Below the pieces are notes generated by a model. It worked only from the letters and a program-made list of their open reading frames with translations, did no database searches and was not told the DNA's origin. The position numbers and the translations under genes are program-made. DNA of 64,000 nt from Phoronis australis. Taxonomy: Eukaryota > Animalia > Phoronida. Shown one piece after another: positions 52,031 to 64,000 of this stretch (within the stretch, counting starts at the first letter, position 1; each line of letters opens with the position of its first letter). The DNA lies in assembly GCA_002633005.1 (NCBI GenBank), contig NMRA01000057.1, positions 956,005 through 1,020,004 on the forward strand. The letters run 5' to 3'.

Positions 52031-53296
52031 CGGCGCTACCCAGCCTACGAACATTCGTTCCACAGATACCATTAATTGTTGTTAACAGTTTATGCGAGAG
52101 GATGTCGAAATGTCGACCAACACCCGGTTGAATTGACAATGCCATCATGATTGCGGCTTATATCAATCCAGATTTTTCTATCAACCAACTCTCTCCAAGC
52201 AGGAACCTGTTTCGTGATCGAAAAGTGACTTTCCTCACAGTTGTGTTACTCGCCTAAAAGCTTTAGTGACGCTTGTCGAATTGTAAGGTTTTGTAAGAAT
52301 ATATTTTCCAAACTTATAAAGACTGATGAGGGTAACAGCATATCAGAGAGCACAATGGGAAATTCGTTGTGCAATTCTTCCGTTCTTTCCTTTTGTTTCT
52401 TATTTAGCTAGTCAAGAATGCGAAATCGTTTTGTCGTGCGTATTTTCACCATCTTTGATAAACATTTCTTAAAACTTAACAGACGTTAAAGCCGAGTTTC
52501 GCTTAGCTGTCAGTATTAAAATCTTAATCAAGCACTTCGGGTTGTTCGTAAAGATTTTAAGTTTCTGTGAATGTCGAAGCATTTTTCCTAAAGTTTCAAA
52601 TTTCATAAAACAATCTGTTAACTGCTCGTCACTTCAGATATCATACGACACCGTCCTTCAGACGTCGCAACCGTTACATCATCAAAGAATCATGATTCGT
52701 TAAGATCTGTTTAAAACAGATCAGAGTTATTCACTTTTGAATATTGCAAGAATTTCTTGAAAAATATCGTCAGATTCACTACTTCTGAAACACAGGCAAA
52801 TTAAACTCGTTCATCCTAATGCTGCTTTCAAATTCTCCGTCCCTAAAAATATCTATGCATACATGCGCTTAAACATTTACCCAGTAAACATTTCCCAAGT
52901 GCATAGTCGCAATTGTTTTGTAAAGGCCAAAGGTCACATCTTCCATATAAGGGAAATTTCCTCTGCCTTTGTCTTGCCCCATTGCCTTGTTCGAGAAAAA
53001 TCGACGTAGTGACGACCAGGGCGACAGATCATTTTTTTTGAAATTTGAAACTAAAGAAAAATGTTTTGAAATCAACTGTAGAAATGTAAATTCTTTACAA
53101 ACAAACCGTAAGGATATTTGATGAACAGTTTGTTTTTTGTTTCAGTGGCAGAGACCCATTCTGAATAATGCAATTCAGTTTGTTTTTCGTGTTTTGTGCC
53201 ATTTTAACCCAATTTTAATAAAATTTACTTTGCTTTATATTATGTCATTAATTCACAATTTTTGTTTCAGTTTGTTCACAGTTTTGGTCAGCAGAC

Positions 53297-53588
53297 ATGG
53301 ATGCCCCTATGCTTTTTGGGAAAGCAATTATTAACCGTACCTACAAGGCCCTTCATGGCTGGCTATACGGTACACATGAAATCCCTGATGAATTCCAAGA
53401 TCCACCCGGCGCTATGGCAACGACGGAACCAAACAACAACGTAATGCCTACTCAGCCAATCAGCGTTAACTACCACTTTACGCGTCAGTGCAACTACCAC
53501 TGCGGCTTTTGCTTTCACACCGCTAAAACGTCACACGTTTTACCCCTGGAAGAAGCAAAAAGGGGTCTCTGCCTTTTGAAGGAAGCAG
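53297..53588 (+). CDS. RSAD2: Viperin (radical SAM ddhNTP synthase), coding exon 1
   Basis: ...[45 protein letters not shown]|gtaatt. CxxxCxxC radical-SAM motif in a near-perfect viperin context. Confidence 0.97.
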
Positions 53589-54124
53589 GTAATTTTCAGT
53601 TTGAGTTTCGTATACCGTAATCATGCACTGAGGATTTCCGAAAGGGCTCCCATCAACATAAAGTACCCATGAGTGTTTTTTGGGATCGTTTGCATTTTGG
53701 CACAGAACGAAGCCGAAAGGTATTGAACACGTGACAAAAAGATACCCATTTCTTAGTTTAGCCCAAAAAGGACCGTCCATGACCAATGTTTCGTCGACTC
53801 CCCGTGGTAGTACAGGTTACCGTTCCACCTTTGACCAAAGTGCTCGGAAGCAAGCGGCTACTCTGCTGGCACATAACCAACCACCTTTGAATTATCAATG
53901 ACTTTCATAGCGAAACAGTCAGCACATCTGATTTGGATCACCGACACGTTATTTTCTTGACCATTAAATAGGTTGCCAGACAGATATAAATCCCGACCTC
54001 CGATGCCACCATCATTGAGTTGAAGCACGGTTACTTGGTACCTCTTACAGCCCCTTTTAAAGTTCACATCTGAATGCGGGTGAGGGCTTTCAAAAGAGCC
54101 CCGTCACATTTTTCTGGAAGGAGT

Positions 54125-54300
54125 CAGACTGGCCTAGTGGGATAGGTGGCCGCTTCCTTTACTAAAGGTCGTGGGTTCGTGTCTCATTCGGTCACACTGC
54201 AAGACCCTTGAGTCAGGTCTCTAGCTCTTCAGCTCGGTTTTAACTAAAGCACAAAATGGTCCCTGGTGATCGGTGTCATGGGCTCACATGAGCGGCCTGT
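54125..54300 (+). mobile_element. tRNA-derived SINE in a viperin intron
   Basis: A box TGGCCTAGTGG (54130-54140), B-box-like GGTTCGTGTC (54174-54183), then a cccttgag central-domain-like sequence. Confidence 0.55.
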
Positions 54301-55120
54301 GTGCGTCCGATACCAGAGAGCCTGCAATAATTTATTTTACATTTTTTTCCGAAATATCTCTCAGGACGCAAAATCACTTCCAGAAAATATTACAAAAACA
54401 AACGAAAAAGATACCAAAGGCCTTTTCTCACTATTTTGAAAGGTTTTACACGTATGTGCCAAGAGTGTGTGGCAAGATTGTTCTAACTGGCTGTGAACGT
54501 TTCCAGTGCCAAGCCTATCACTCAGCATCTGCCATCACAGTAACTCTGTACTATATTTATATAAGTTTCAATTTGTTTTGATGACAAACGCCAATTGTGG
54601 CAGTGGCAAGGAATTTTTATACCATGCAGGTTGTTGCATATAAATAGCATGTCATTTATCTCATTTGATTATCTTCCTACACTGTATATAGTATGGGATG
54701 CGCACCATAGGGAGTTGGAGGGGGACTATAGGCCCCCACATTTTTCAGTGCTGCGCCGCCCATGGCCTATAGGTGGTGCACCACAGGGGGAGGGGGGGGG
54801 GCTTTAACCCCCCACTTTTTTCAGTGCTGCGCCGCCCATGTACAGAGGAAGTAAATGTCGGTAGTTATTATTTGATTTATACCACATTGCTCGCCAACTC
54901 TGTTTACTGGTAATGAAAATATGTGATGGTACGCACAAAGCACCGCTAACACTATTGGCTGAGAAGTCACTCTTCAGTAGCGGCACCTGGTGTTAGCCAC
55001 AGTTTTACTCTCAGAATTCTGTAAGAAAATAAATCGGAATTGCGTATCTGGTGTCTATTACCAATGGTTATACAGACTGATAACGTGTTTTCAACCTTCT
55101 TTGGTGATTTCTACCGGCAG

Positions 55121-55282
55121 GAATGAAGAAAATAAATTTCTCTGGTGGTGAACCATTTTTGAAAGACCGTGGTCGCTTCGTCGGACAGCTTGTGAAATAT
55201 TGCAAGAAAGAGTTAGGACTTGAAAGTGTGTCCATAGTGACCAACGGGAGCCTGGTCAAAGAATCGTGGTTTAAGGAATACG
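55121..55282 (+). CDS. RSAD2: Viperin coding exon 2
   Basis: ggcag|GA ATG...TAC G|gtaaag, 162 nt. Reads [54 protein letters not shown]. Confidence 0.97.
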
Positions 55283-56642
55283 GTAAAGACTATTAGAAAA
55301 TATATTGTTCATGATCCTTTGATGATGTAGATAAAAATAGATAATCACTTACTAAGAGACAAACTATTTACTGGCAGCTAGAATAGTACCAAATGGCAAA
55401 TACTAGAGGGCTCCGCCTCCGATCTATTCTGGCCCATGGTTGGTCAAAGAAATGATGTTGGGTAACTTAGCAACGAAGGCTGGCCCTCTCAACAAAGGCA
55501 AAGATACTTCCCTCATCACAATAATTTATCTCTGAATTCCAGGTAACGGGCAGCATATTTAAAATCTCAGTGTCCGCGTATACTGCTGGTGTTAGTTCGT
55601 TTGTAGTAAATGCGCAGCTCTGAAGCGACACTTATCAGGATGGCAACCCAGGTGACTTTCCAAATAAGGAAGTCAACACAGTCAGTAACTGTGTATTTGG
55701 CTTGCATGAAGCTGGCTGCGCTCTAAAGACTGGGACGAGACTAACGCTAAGGCAGCTGCAGTTTATTTGCTGTAGTTACCTAGTGTTTGTTTTTTTACAA
55801 AAACGTGAGGTTGAACTGCCCTTTCCTCTCCCTTTATTGGAAATATTGTTGCCTTAAAGAGAAATAGTAAAACTTTGAGCTCATAATCTGGTACAAGGGC
55901 TTTGTTTGCTGACAAATTGCTCCGATTACCCTAAGTGCAAAGTAGTAGACGGTACCTTTCTGTTGGGGGTACTTTGCACCCCCTTTGGCACATGTATACT
56001 TCGAGTAAGAACTTGCTCCATACAGATCTATAATTTATCCAGATAAATTAAGGGCCTTTTTGGACCCAGTTTCATTTCGAAACTACGTAGAGTTGGCATT
56101 GTACTCAGGGTTGGAGTAGCAGGCGTATTTGATAGGACATCTAGGTACTGATACATGTAATAGAATTTCTGGCAGGAGTGTAAGTTTGTGTTAGTTTCTG
56201 ACAAAGGCTGTCAAAAGAAACTCACTCTCTATACTTTCCCTGGGGTACGTCTACGTAGAAAGGCCCCGTGACCTTTGACCTATCCTGACTGCGACTCTGA
56301 GTGCGCCCCGTCTTAACAGTCTTTCGAAAAGGTCGTTTACGCCCTGTCCTCACGGTGTCTTAATTTTTATTGGAAAAAATCGTTTAGGTGGTTTCACTAC
56401 TCTTGTGGAAGTGGATGTTCAGCTTAACTAACTTTGAATGCGGTCACTTTTAACTCAGTGCTTTGCTATTACAACAATGTAGCATCGCCGTCGAAAGCCA
56501 AAACGTGCCCACCACCATTTGCGACATTTGATATTGTGGGCCTCTGGAGGGGAAAAGGTGGCCACCCACGTTACATTCTCTTCCGGTATTATATCACTCA
56601 CTATTTTCTAGCTCGTTCGCCTCTCACTTCTGTTCCTTCTAG

Positions 56643-56779
56643 GGAGTTACCTAGACATTATGGCGGTATCCTGTGATAGTTTCATTCCGGAAGTGAATAA
56701 ACGCATTGGACGTCAGCAGGGCTCCCGGAACCACCTTGACACGTTGTATCGCATTCGAGACTGGTGCGAAGAGTATCAG
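56643..56779 (+). CDS. RSAD2: Viperin coding exon 3
   Basis: ttctag|GG AGT...CAG|gtaagc. Reads GSYLDIMAVSCDSFIPEVNKRIGRQQGSRNHLDTLYRIRDWCEEYQ. Confidence 0.97.
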
Positions 56780-59700
56780 GTAAGCGGATGTTATGAATCT
56801 AGAAAAGAAAATGTGTACAACTCGTACAAATTACCTTAACGCGAGGTTTTGTTGACCTTAGTGAAAACTGGCTCAGTGAACTTGGCAACTAAATGTGGCA
56901 CTCATTCGTGCACCGCCATCAACTTGCAGACGTGACACCATGAAATGGAAGTACACACCCACTCTTTAAACTCATTAAAATACAAATAATGATATTTGAG
57001 TCTAGCATAACATAATAGTTTTAGTTGCACTGATATAGCTCCAGTCAGCTGTGAACAAGAAAGCATTTTAGACACAAAGCAACCAAGTGTCACTTTAAAA
57101 CTGAGATGCTAAGGTTTTGTAGTGTTTCGAAGACTGATAGACAGATTCTTAAGGAGTCTTACAGCGGCACTATCGAAAGCACTACGAAATAGACGTCGTG
57201 AGTTTTTGCTGCGGTCGTCAATCGCGAGGGTGTTACAAAAGTTGATGCGAATACGAACTAGGCCTAGATATTTCTTAAAGTACGCGTATGTTTTTTGCCC
57301 GAATTTCCTACAAATTATGTCATGAACATAACCATTATATGTTACCACAAAAATAACTTTAATCCCACTAAGCCGTTATGAGCGGGGAAGTGGTTAACTC
57401 CGTGAATAATTGGTCCAGGTAGGTTTGGTTATTCCCCTGTGTGTTTTGGCAAGCAAAGGTTATCGCCGGGAATAACTTTTGAGTGAAAACCAGACATCTC
57501 GACAAGTCAGATTTACTTTTGTATTATCTGTATTCTTTGGCATTGTCTTTCAATTAAATTGAATTCAATGCTATTACCACTGCAATGTACTTGGCCACTG
57601 GTTAAATATCGACAGGGTTATCCATACACTCTACAAGGAAAGCTTGTGGCAACAGAACTTAATTGCGGATTTTTGAATTGACATCTTTTTATTCATTTCG
57701 CTGTTTTATGAACCTTTCAGGGAATAAAAACAGGTATGTCCACGTGCCTTCTTGGTTTCTTCTCGTGAATTATAATTTCCATCTCACTAGCAGATTTTCA
57801 CTAGTTATCTCACGCTTGTTTTCACCCGGTTTATCTTCACGAACTCAGTTGCGGAGAACTGTGAGTTCGGTTGTTATACCGGAGTCACCTATTTAGTGCC
57901 TAGTACATGTTTCCATAATTCGTGAGGTGCATCACTTGAAAACGACTGATGTTGGGTAATAAATTTCTCATAAAAACCAGGTTATGTGACTATATTTTGA
58001 ATAGCAAAGGTTCAAGGCAGTGTAATTCATTGCATTGTTCAACATGTGTCTATGCATTCAGTGAGGTGGAATTTGTCGGATTGTCTGCGTGTATACCTAC
58101 ATTGTATGCGTCTGCTTGTTGGGTGTAAGTTTTTTCAAAGCCCACGCACGGGACATGTGTCCAAACGGTATTGTGACAGCATATGTATATGTCTAACGTA
58201 CATAAACCCTGTATGTCTTGGCCTGAATAATTCAACAGCACATTAAAAACCGTCTAACTGCACGAATGGCTCGTCACGCGTACTTGATTTCGTCACAGTG
58301 AAAAGAAACTTCACTAGATAAAAGACCTGCCTCCTGCTGATATTATCGTCAGTATTTTACCCAGTTACCCTCCTATTTTTCGATGGCAAACAAATTCTTT
58401 CTTGCCCCTTTCCAATCTCAGAGAATCCAGTAGAGCTGTGTATACCAGCATTCTTGGTGACAAGCGCACTCTCGGCTAAAATGGCCTTCCAGTTGACACG
58501 CAACTGTTTGAGATCGTCAGCCAAAAATTAAATTTTAATCTGCATCTTGGACAAGATCTCCTCGATCTTATCGAAAAGACTGCTGTCGAAAGCACGAACG
58601 AAATCAAAATTTCAAATTTGACCAAAAGTTAATGGTTTGGAATGCCTGAGCGAAAAGTGCAGGACGAGGATTAGTGCTACACGAAATTTCCATACACACT
58701 GTATGCACGGGCTTCCACCGGTGAGTCCAAGACCGAAACTAATAAGACTATTGCCTTCAATTGATGCGTCCGCACACAGAAATGTATATCAACTCTATGC
58801 ATTTGTCCTGTTTATTTATATTTTTATACCTTGTCAATCACATGTTTTATCAAGGGATACTATCATTTTACGCCCGAAAATACATTTTGGAGATTATCAC
58901 TATTGTTGAACGGGATTGATCTCACCGTTGTCTATCAGACATTCGCTGAAATCAGGTGACTTCCGCTTAAACCACTGGTGTTGTAAACTGGGAAACTGGG
59001 ATTGGGCTCGTGCAGCGGAGCGGTTGGCTGCGACGGGAAATTTTCAGGATCCATTCCGCGCTGGGTTGGATCTTAGAAAAAGAGTTTTCTCACCAATCCA
59101 TTTAAAAGAAGCACAGCAGGATAACTGGCCAGGAAATTATGAAAGGCTTTTTGTCATGCCTTAACTATCTGGTTTGTGTTGAGGCTTGAGCCCCGGAGGA
59201 TTGTTAACATTCTCCAGCTAAGGCCGAATGGTTCAAACTCCTACGAACGATCCCCCTCTCAGCACCATTGTGACAGACTCAAGCAGATGAGGCGATTTAT
59301 AGGCCATAGACTGTTGTAGTAATAGTAGCGTCGAATCGACTTTCTGGAAAAGCCAGCGCGCCATGAATTTTCTGCTCAATAATTTCATTTGTAGCATTGG
59401 ACTCTGCGTAGATTAATGATATTTTGCTGTGCGTTTGACGGGGTAGACTACTGGAAATCTAAATTTGTGTTTGAATGTTGTCCAAGTCCACTAATAGATT
59501 CAGTACTATATTTATTCCTGGTACTATATTATTCAGGTTTATTCCAAGAAAACAGCTATTAGTGTAAACGTAACGGCAAACTATGCAAATGCATGTGAAC
59601 GGTCACAACAAGTGAAGTTGCTACTGAATCAATTTCAATGAGTTTTATATGATTTGGACAGATTATGACGTTATAAACCTGTATTTTGAAATCTATACAT

Positions 59701-60511
59701 CGTAGCATTGGAACGCCGTTTCAAAGTTAGTCTCGCGTTTTTTTTTTTCATGCAGCAATGGCCATAGATTAAGAAGAGATAATAATCTATGGTTACAGTT
59801 ACTTCATCGAGGTTGGGTTCCGTAGAACCGTAGACTATAGTACGTACATGGACCGCCAACTCCGTAAACTTTCAATGGACTTAATCGCAAAAGGTACCCG
59901 CTCATCCGTCGCGCAATACACTAACCGGAAACTCCAACAGACAATGAGAGTGTCGTCTCTACTAGGATAGTGCGCAAGAAAACCTCGGAGTTGCGAATCT
60001 GTTGTATATAATCTATTGGTAGAACGCAAGACATTAGCTTGCACTGTGCGGTGAAAATCTTCACTTTCAGAACAGAAACATCTACATTAATTCCATAATT
60101 CACCTCTCAAATCCGGCCGCCGTTTTGTTAGGACAAGTTAGTAAGCTCCAGAGCATAGTCGTGAAACACTCGCTTTTCACTTGCCTCAGGGATTTTACGA
60201 TGTCTTCATTCTTGCGAGAGCACCGTTTTGTATGCCATTGCTCTCGGCTAAGAACAAACTGAAACGAGCAATTTGGAGGCAAGCGATTAACCACATTCAA
60301 CTACATTGATTCTTGAAACAGTCATGCCTAGTATGCTAACATGTTTCTGTCAGATAACCAACAATTACACTGTACATATATTACATGCGCATGACTGAGA
60401 AACAAATTTTGAAAGAAATTTGTGTACAATTTTAACCACATACATCGAAATTAAGATATTTATACTCCCATAAATGTTTTAGACAAAAGAATAGGCTGAA
60501 TTGATGCATTC

Positions 60512-61790
60512 TACACAAGTTCGATTTATTGACACTCGCAAAATATCAAGGTGTTTATTACGAAATCTTCAGAATACAATGAATATACATTACCCAGAAA
60601 GCGCCAAGAGGCATTAGATCTGGGTAAAAAAATACAAAGAAGTCTATATACAATGATTATATACGAATACATAAATAAAAAAACTGATGTTAAGAATACA
60701 ATGATATATGACAACGAATGAAAATAATTCATTTTCATACAGATGTATAAAATTCTATCCACTCACACAAAGAGATTTAATGTTATAAAGAAATTCTGAT
60801 ACTATTTCAAATAAAACCTTATTTTCGTTTGAGTTAAGTTCTTGACATCCATATAGAAAGAAATTAATTTTGTTGTACAATTGCGGAATTTCAGAATATT
60901 TTTTATAAACATTGGGGTATTGTTCGAGTGCCTGGAAGAGCTGTACCCTCTCCTCCTTGCATACCTCACAAGCAAAGAAAACATGAGGATATGTCTGGGT
61001 ATCTCCACAGGAACACAGAGGCGAAATATTATTAAAATTATGTCTAAATTTCTCGTTGTTTAGGAATAGACCACATCTTGATCTGTATAGGGTTATTTCA
61101 TGGTTGCGGGGAAGTTGGAATGATGTCAATGGGACTGGCAAGTCTGGAGTAGTGGTATGCAATTTAAAGTTATTTTTGAGAGTGACGATTGAAGTGCTTT
61201 CTTTTATTTTGAATGGTAAGGAATTCCAGTTGTCAATACAAGTTAATATCGTTGATCTTCTGAAGGCTTGGCTGATGGAGGCTGGAATAGTATACATATT
61301 GCTTTGCCGGAGTCCTGGTCTCGTGCTTGGTCTTTTGTAGGAGTCAAAGAGGATTTTGTTAGAGTAATTGTTTATGTTGGTTAAGACTTTGAATGTATAC
61401 ATGGACAGGTGGAGTTTACGACGGGTTGCTAGTTTGCTCCAGTGAAGACTATTTAGAACCTTGATTGTGTTGGACCCTTTGTATGCCCCAGTTATGGCTA
61501 AAGCTGCTTGGTATTGTAGTCTTTCTAATTGGAGAAGTATGCCAGCGTTTGCCGATTGGTAGATTATGTCACAGTAATCTAGATGTGGAAGTACAAAAGA
61601 CTTGAACAGAGTTTCAAGATGCATGGAGTTGAGATGACGAGAGATAATTCTAATTGGATTAATTAATTTTTGTACTTTTTGAACGAGTTCGCGACAATGA
61701 AGAGTAAATGTAAGTTTATGGTCGAGTAGCAAGCCAAGATGTTTGTGCGTGAACTTATTGGGGATAACTTTCCCATTGAGTGATAATTAT
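60512..61790 (-). mobile_element. 5'-truncated CR1/L2-group LINE with an uninterrupted ORF2 C-terminus, in viperin intron 3
   Basis: ORF 60755-61732 plus upstream HKHLGLLLDHKLTF; PHLDYCDII, LERLQYQAALAITG, WSKLATRR, CSCG...H...C. Minus-strand AATAAA at 60525-60530. Confidence 0.9.
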
Positions 61791-62125
61791 ACTTTCCGTC
61801 GCATTCACTTACCACATATACATGTATACAGTACTACAGACGCCCAAACCAAGAGATACCCACTTATGCCAACACAAGTAATTCAATAATTGTATAATAA
61901 CAACTCTCAACTTTTCGTAAATTTTTATTGTTCATTGTACACGATATTCACTCGTGTACAAGTGCACTTCCGGGTACAAAGTCTTCCCCAACTGTTGGAT
62001 TATTCTGATGTTCGCGTCCACCTACTCGGGTATAAGCCCATCTCAAGTATTCATCACTGATGGAGATACAGACACAGATTAATTAAGAGCTTCACTGACT
62101 AAATAAATGGTTTATATCATTGCAG

Positions 62126-62218
62126 GTGGCTTTCAAGATAAATTCCGTCATCAACTCGCACAACAAAGATGAGAATATGGCAGACGACATTTTGCAGCTC
62201 AATCCTTGCCGCTGGAAA
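62126..62218 (+). CDS. RSAD2: Viperin coding exon 4 (gene continues beyond the window)
   Basis: ttgcag|GTG...AAA|gtgagt. Reads VAFKINSVINSHNKDENMADDILQLNPCRWK. Confidence 0.96.
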
Positions 62219-63788
62219 GTGAGTGTTTCCTGATCTTCTGCAAAAAACGTCATACACGAACCGAAAAGTAATTTCAACGGACACGAGTCCTTACCACGGA
62301 GGCCGCACAGCCCTCCGACAAATAAGAGCGCTCTTTGAACTTGCCCAACAACGCCGTGGGATGCCGTATATTTGTTGCGATGCAGTAAACATAAAACAAA
62401 TGTGGACCAATGTCATGTTATAGGGATTGCACAGGCGGGCTGTGACATCCATCGCGTCCATCGCATATTGCCGTGGATGTGAGAGATATTGCAATACCGT
62501 ACCGATCCACAGTTCCAGCACAGAGTGGCACCGAATGTTAGAAGGAGATCGAGAAACACGCCTTTAGTATCTCGAATGCCCCTCCATGTTTGCAAAAATT
62601 AACGCTAACACCAACGAGGCTAGCATCAGACGTGTTTATCATCTTAATCACAAACCTTCTTTCGGATCTCTACCCCGTTCAAATTGCTACAGTATTATTT
62701 TGAGGTTTCTTACAATTCAGTGACCCTCCCTCTGATCCTGGATGCGTCTATTCTATTTGCTGCAGATTATCTTTCAACACAGTTGGGGGCGACAATATGT
62801 GCCGGTCTCCACTGCACATATTGACGCACTGTCATCATCCGGGCGACACCGTGGGTCGATGTTGACAGCATTATATTGTCGCTCTCGGTAACTATTGTGC
62901 CCGCGCGACAATATGTGTCAAGTGCGACAATATCAGCCGATTTCATAAAGGTGGTTTAACAAAACCAGGTTTATGACTTAAATCTTGGTCTTCCTAAACC
63001 AGGTCTAATTTCATACCTAAACTGCATTTCACCAACATGGTTTAAAAGTCTGAAGGCCTTGTTTTGTTAGACCATGACGCTGGTTTAGTAAAACTAGGTT
63101 TAAAGTATCCAAGCCACCCTACTGTGTTGATCCGGCTTAACCCAACAAAGAAACTATTGAAGTCCTTCAATTAAACCTTGATCACGTGGGTACGCAATGG
63201 CATACAGCAGTGGAATCAATGCAGACATTTGCGAAAAAGGGCTTAAAGCTTTTCTCACGAGGAAAAACGTTCCCTCCCATAACTGAACAGAGAAAAGGCC
63301 AATGTCATAGTCCAGAAAAACAAAATTGGTGCCAAATCAAGTCAACGTAAAAAGCAGGCGTGGAGAGATATTGATCCAGAATAAAGGCCAGGAAGGAAAT
63401 TTCATCAGTAAAAAAAATGCAAAGAAAAACCGTGAGGGACCCAGCTGCAGATCTAAATACATGCGCTCACCTAGCTCGAATTTCTGACGATGTGGAAAAA
63501 ACTGGGTACCACCTTCAGAACTGTGAAGTGTGCGTCTGCACCTTTTTGGTTTTCTGGGACTTCTTGTGTCTCTGTGGAGGGCCTTTTTTGCCAACTTCGC
63601 CAAATGGAGGGCTCGTTCGAGCCCAACGAGCCCCCCTGGTTGCGGACATGAAATATCATGAGGAGATGTTTTTCATTTTGTATTGTCTGTGTTCACACAT
63701 TTAAGTACTTGTTCACGATAAACCGCATCATAGTAAATGCAGGCGTTTATTTCCGTGTCATTTTATTTCTTTGCGGCCAAAGGGGGCA

Positions 63789-63944
63789 CAGGGCGGATCC
63801 AGGAATTTGAGGTAGAGGGACCAGGGCAGAGTATTAGCCAGGACTTTGCCCGTCAGACATTCTCATTGCCGAACTGCCAGATGGAATCTAGGAGAATTAG
63901 GGGGGGGCTATGTCCCCCTTAGCCCCTCTTTAAATACGCCACTG
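63789..63944 (+). repeat. ~160-bp MITE-like repeat, same family as 50978-51139
   Basis: cagggcggatccagg...taaatacgccactg, imperfect inverted termini. Confidence 0.75.
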
Positions 63945-64000
63945 GGGCAGGACCCCTGCAGGGCAACCTCATATATCGGGGACCAGTTGACATAGAACAC

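Noticed and set aside
54125-54200. Functional tRNA gene (also 18430-18485 on the minus strand)
   Set aside because: A and B boxes are present but there is no complete cloverleaf; treated as SINE heads.
53297-62218. Prokaryotic viperin or defence island interpretation
   Set aside because: The gene is split by canonical spliceosomal introns and sits among eukaryotic TEs.

Overview
Eukaryotic, intron-rich, AT-rich genomic DNA from a draft assembly (N gaps at 18875-19351 and 23305-23388; single Ns at 4980, 26457, 38808). Gene content and repeat types suggest a marine invertebrate, possibly a deuterostome; this is an inference. The ORF track is mostly noise, so genes were rebuilt by hand from GT-AG boundaries and phase matching. 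Three immunity-associated genes lie side by side. (1) On +, 230-28377 (5' end outside the window): a cell-surface receptor with at least 4 six-cysteine SRCR domains, one CUB domain, a Ser/Thr/Pro-rich stalk built from tandemly duplicated phase-1 exons, and a GPI-signal-like C-terminus. (2) On -, about 37315-29479: a PLAC8/cornifelin-family gene whose conserved splice donor reads GA instead of GT and whose central Cys-rich exon could not be found. (3) On +, 53297 to beyond 62218: viperin/RSAD2, four coding exons, 3' end outside the window. Introns and intergenic DNA contain a solo-LTR-like element with heat-shock elements, a Helentron/HINE-like element with ~433-bp internal repeats, tandem TTAA-flanked long-TIR elements, an RNase H-bearing LINE next to a Gypsy gag remnant, CR1/L2-group LINE 3' ends, THAP and Academ-like transposase remnants, SINE heads and minisatellites. 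No prokaryotic features (CRISPR, operons, rRNA) were seen.
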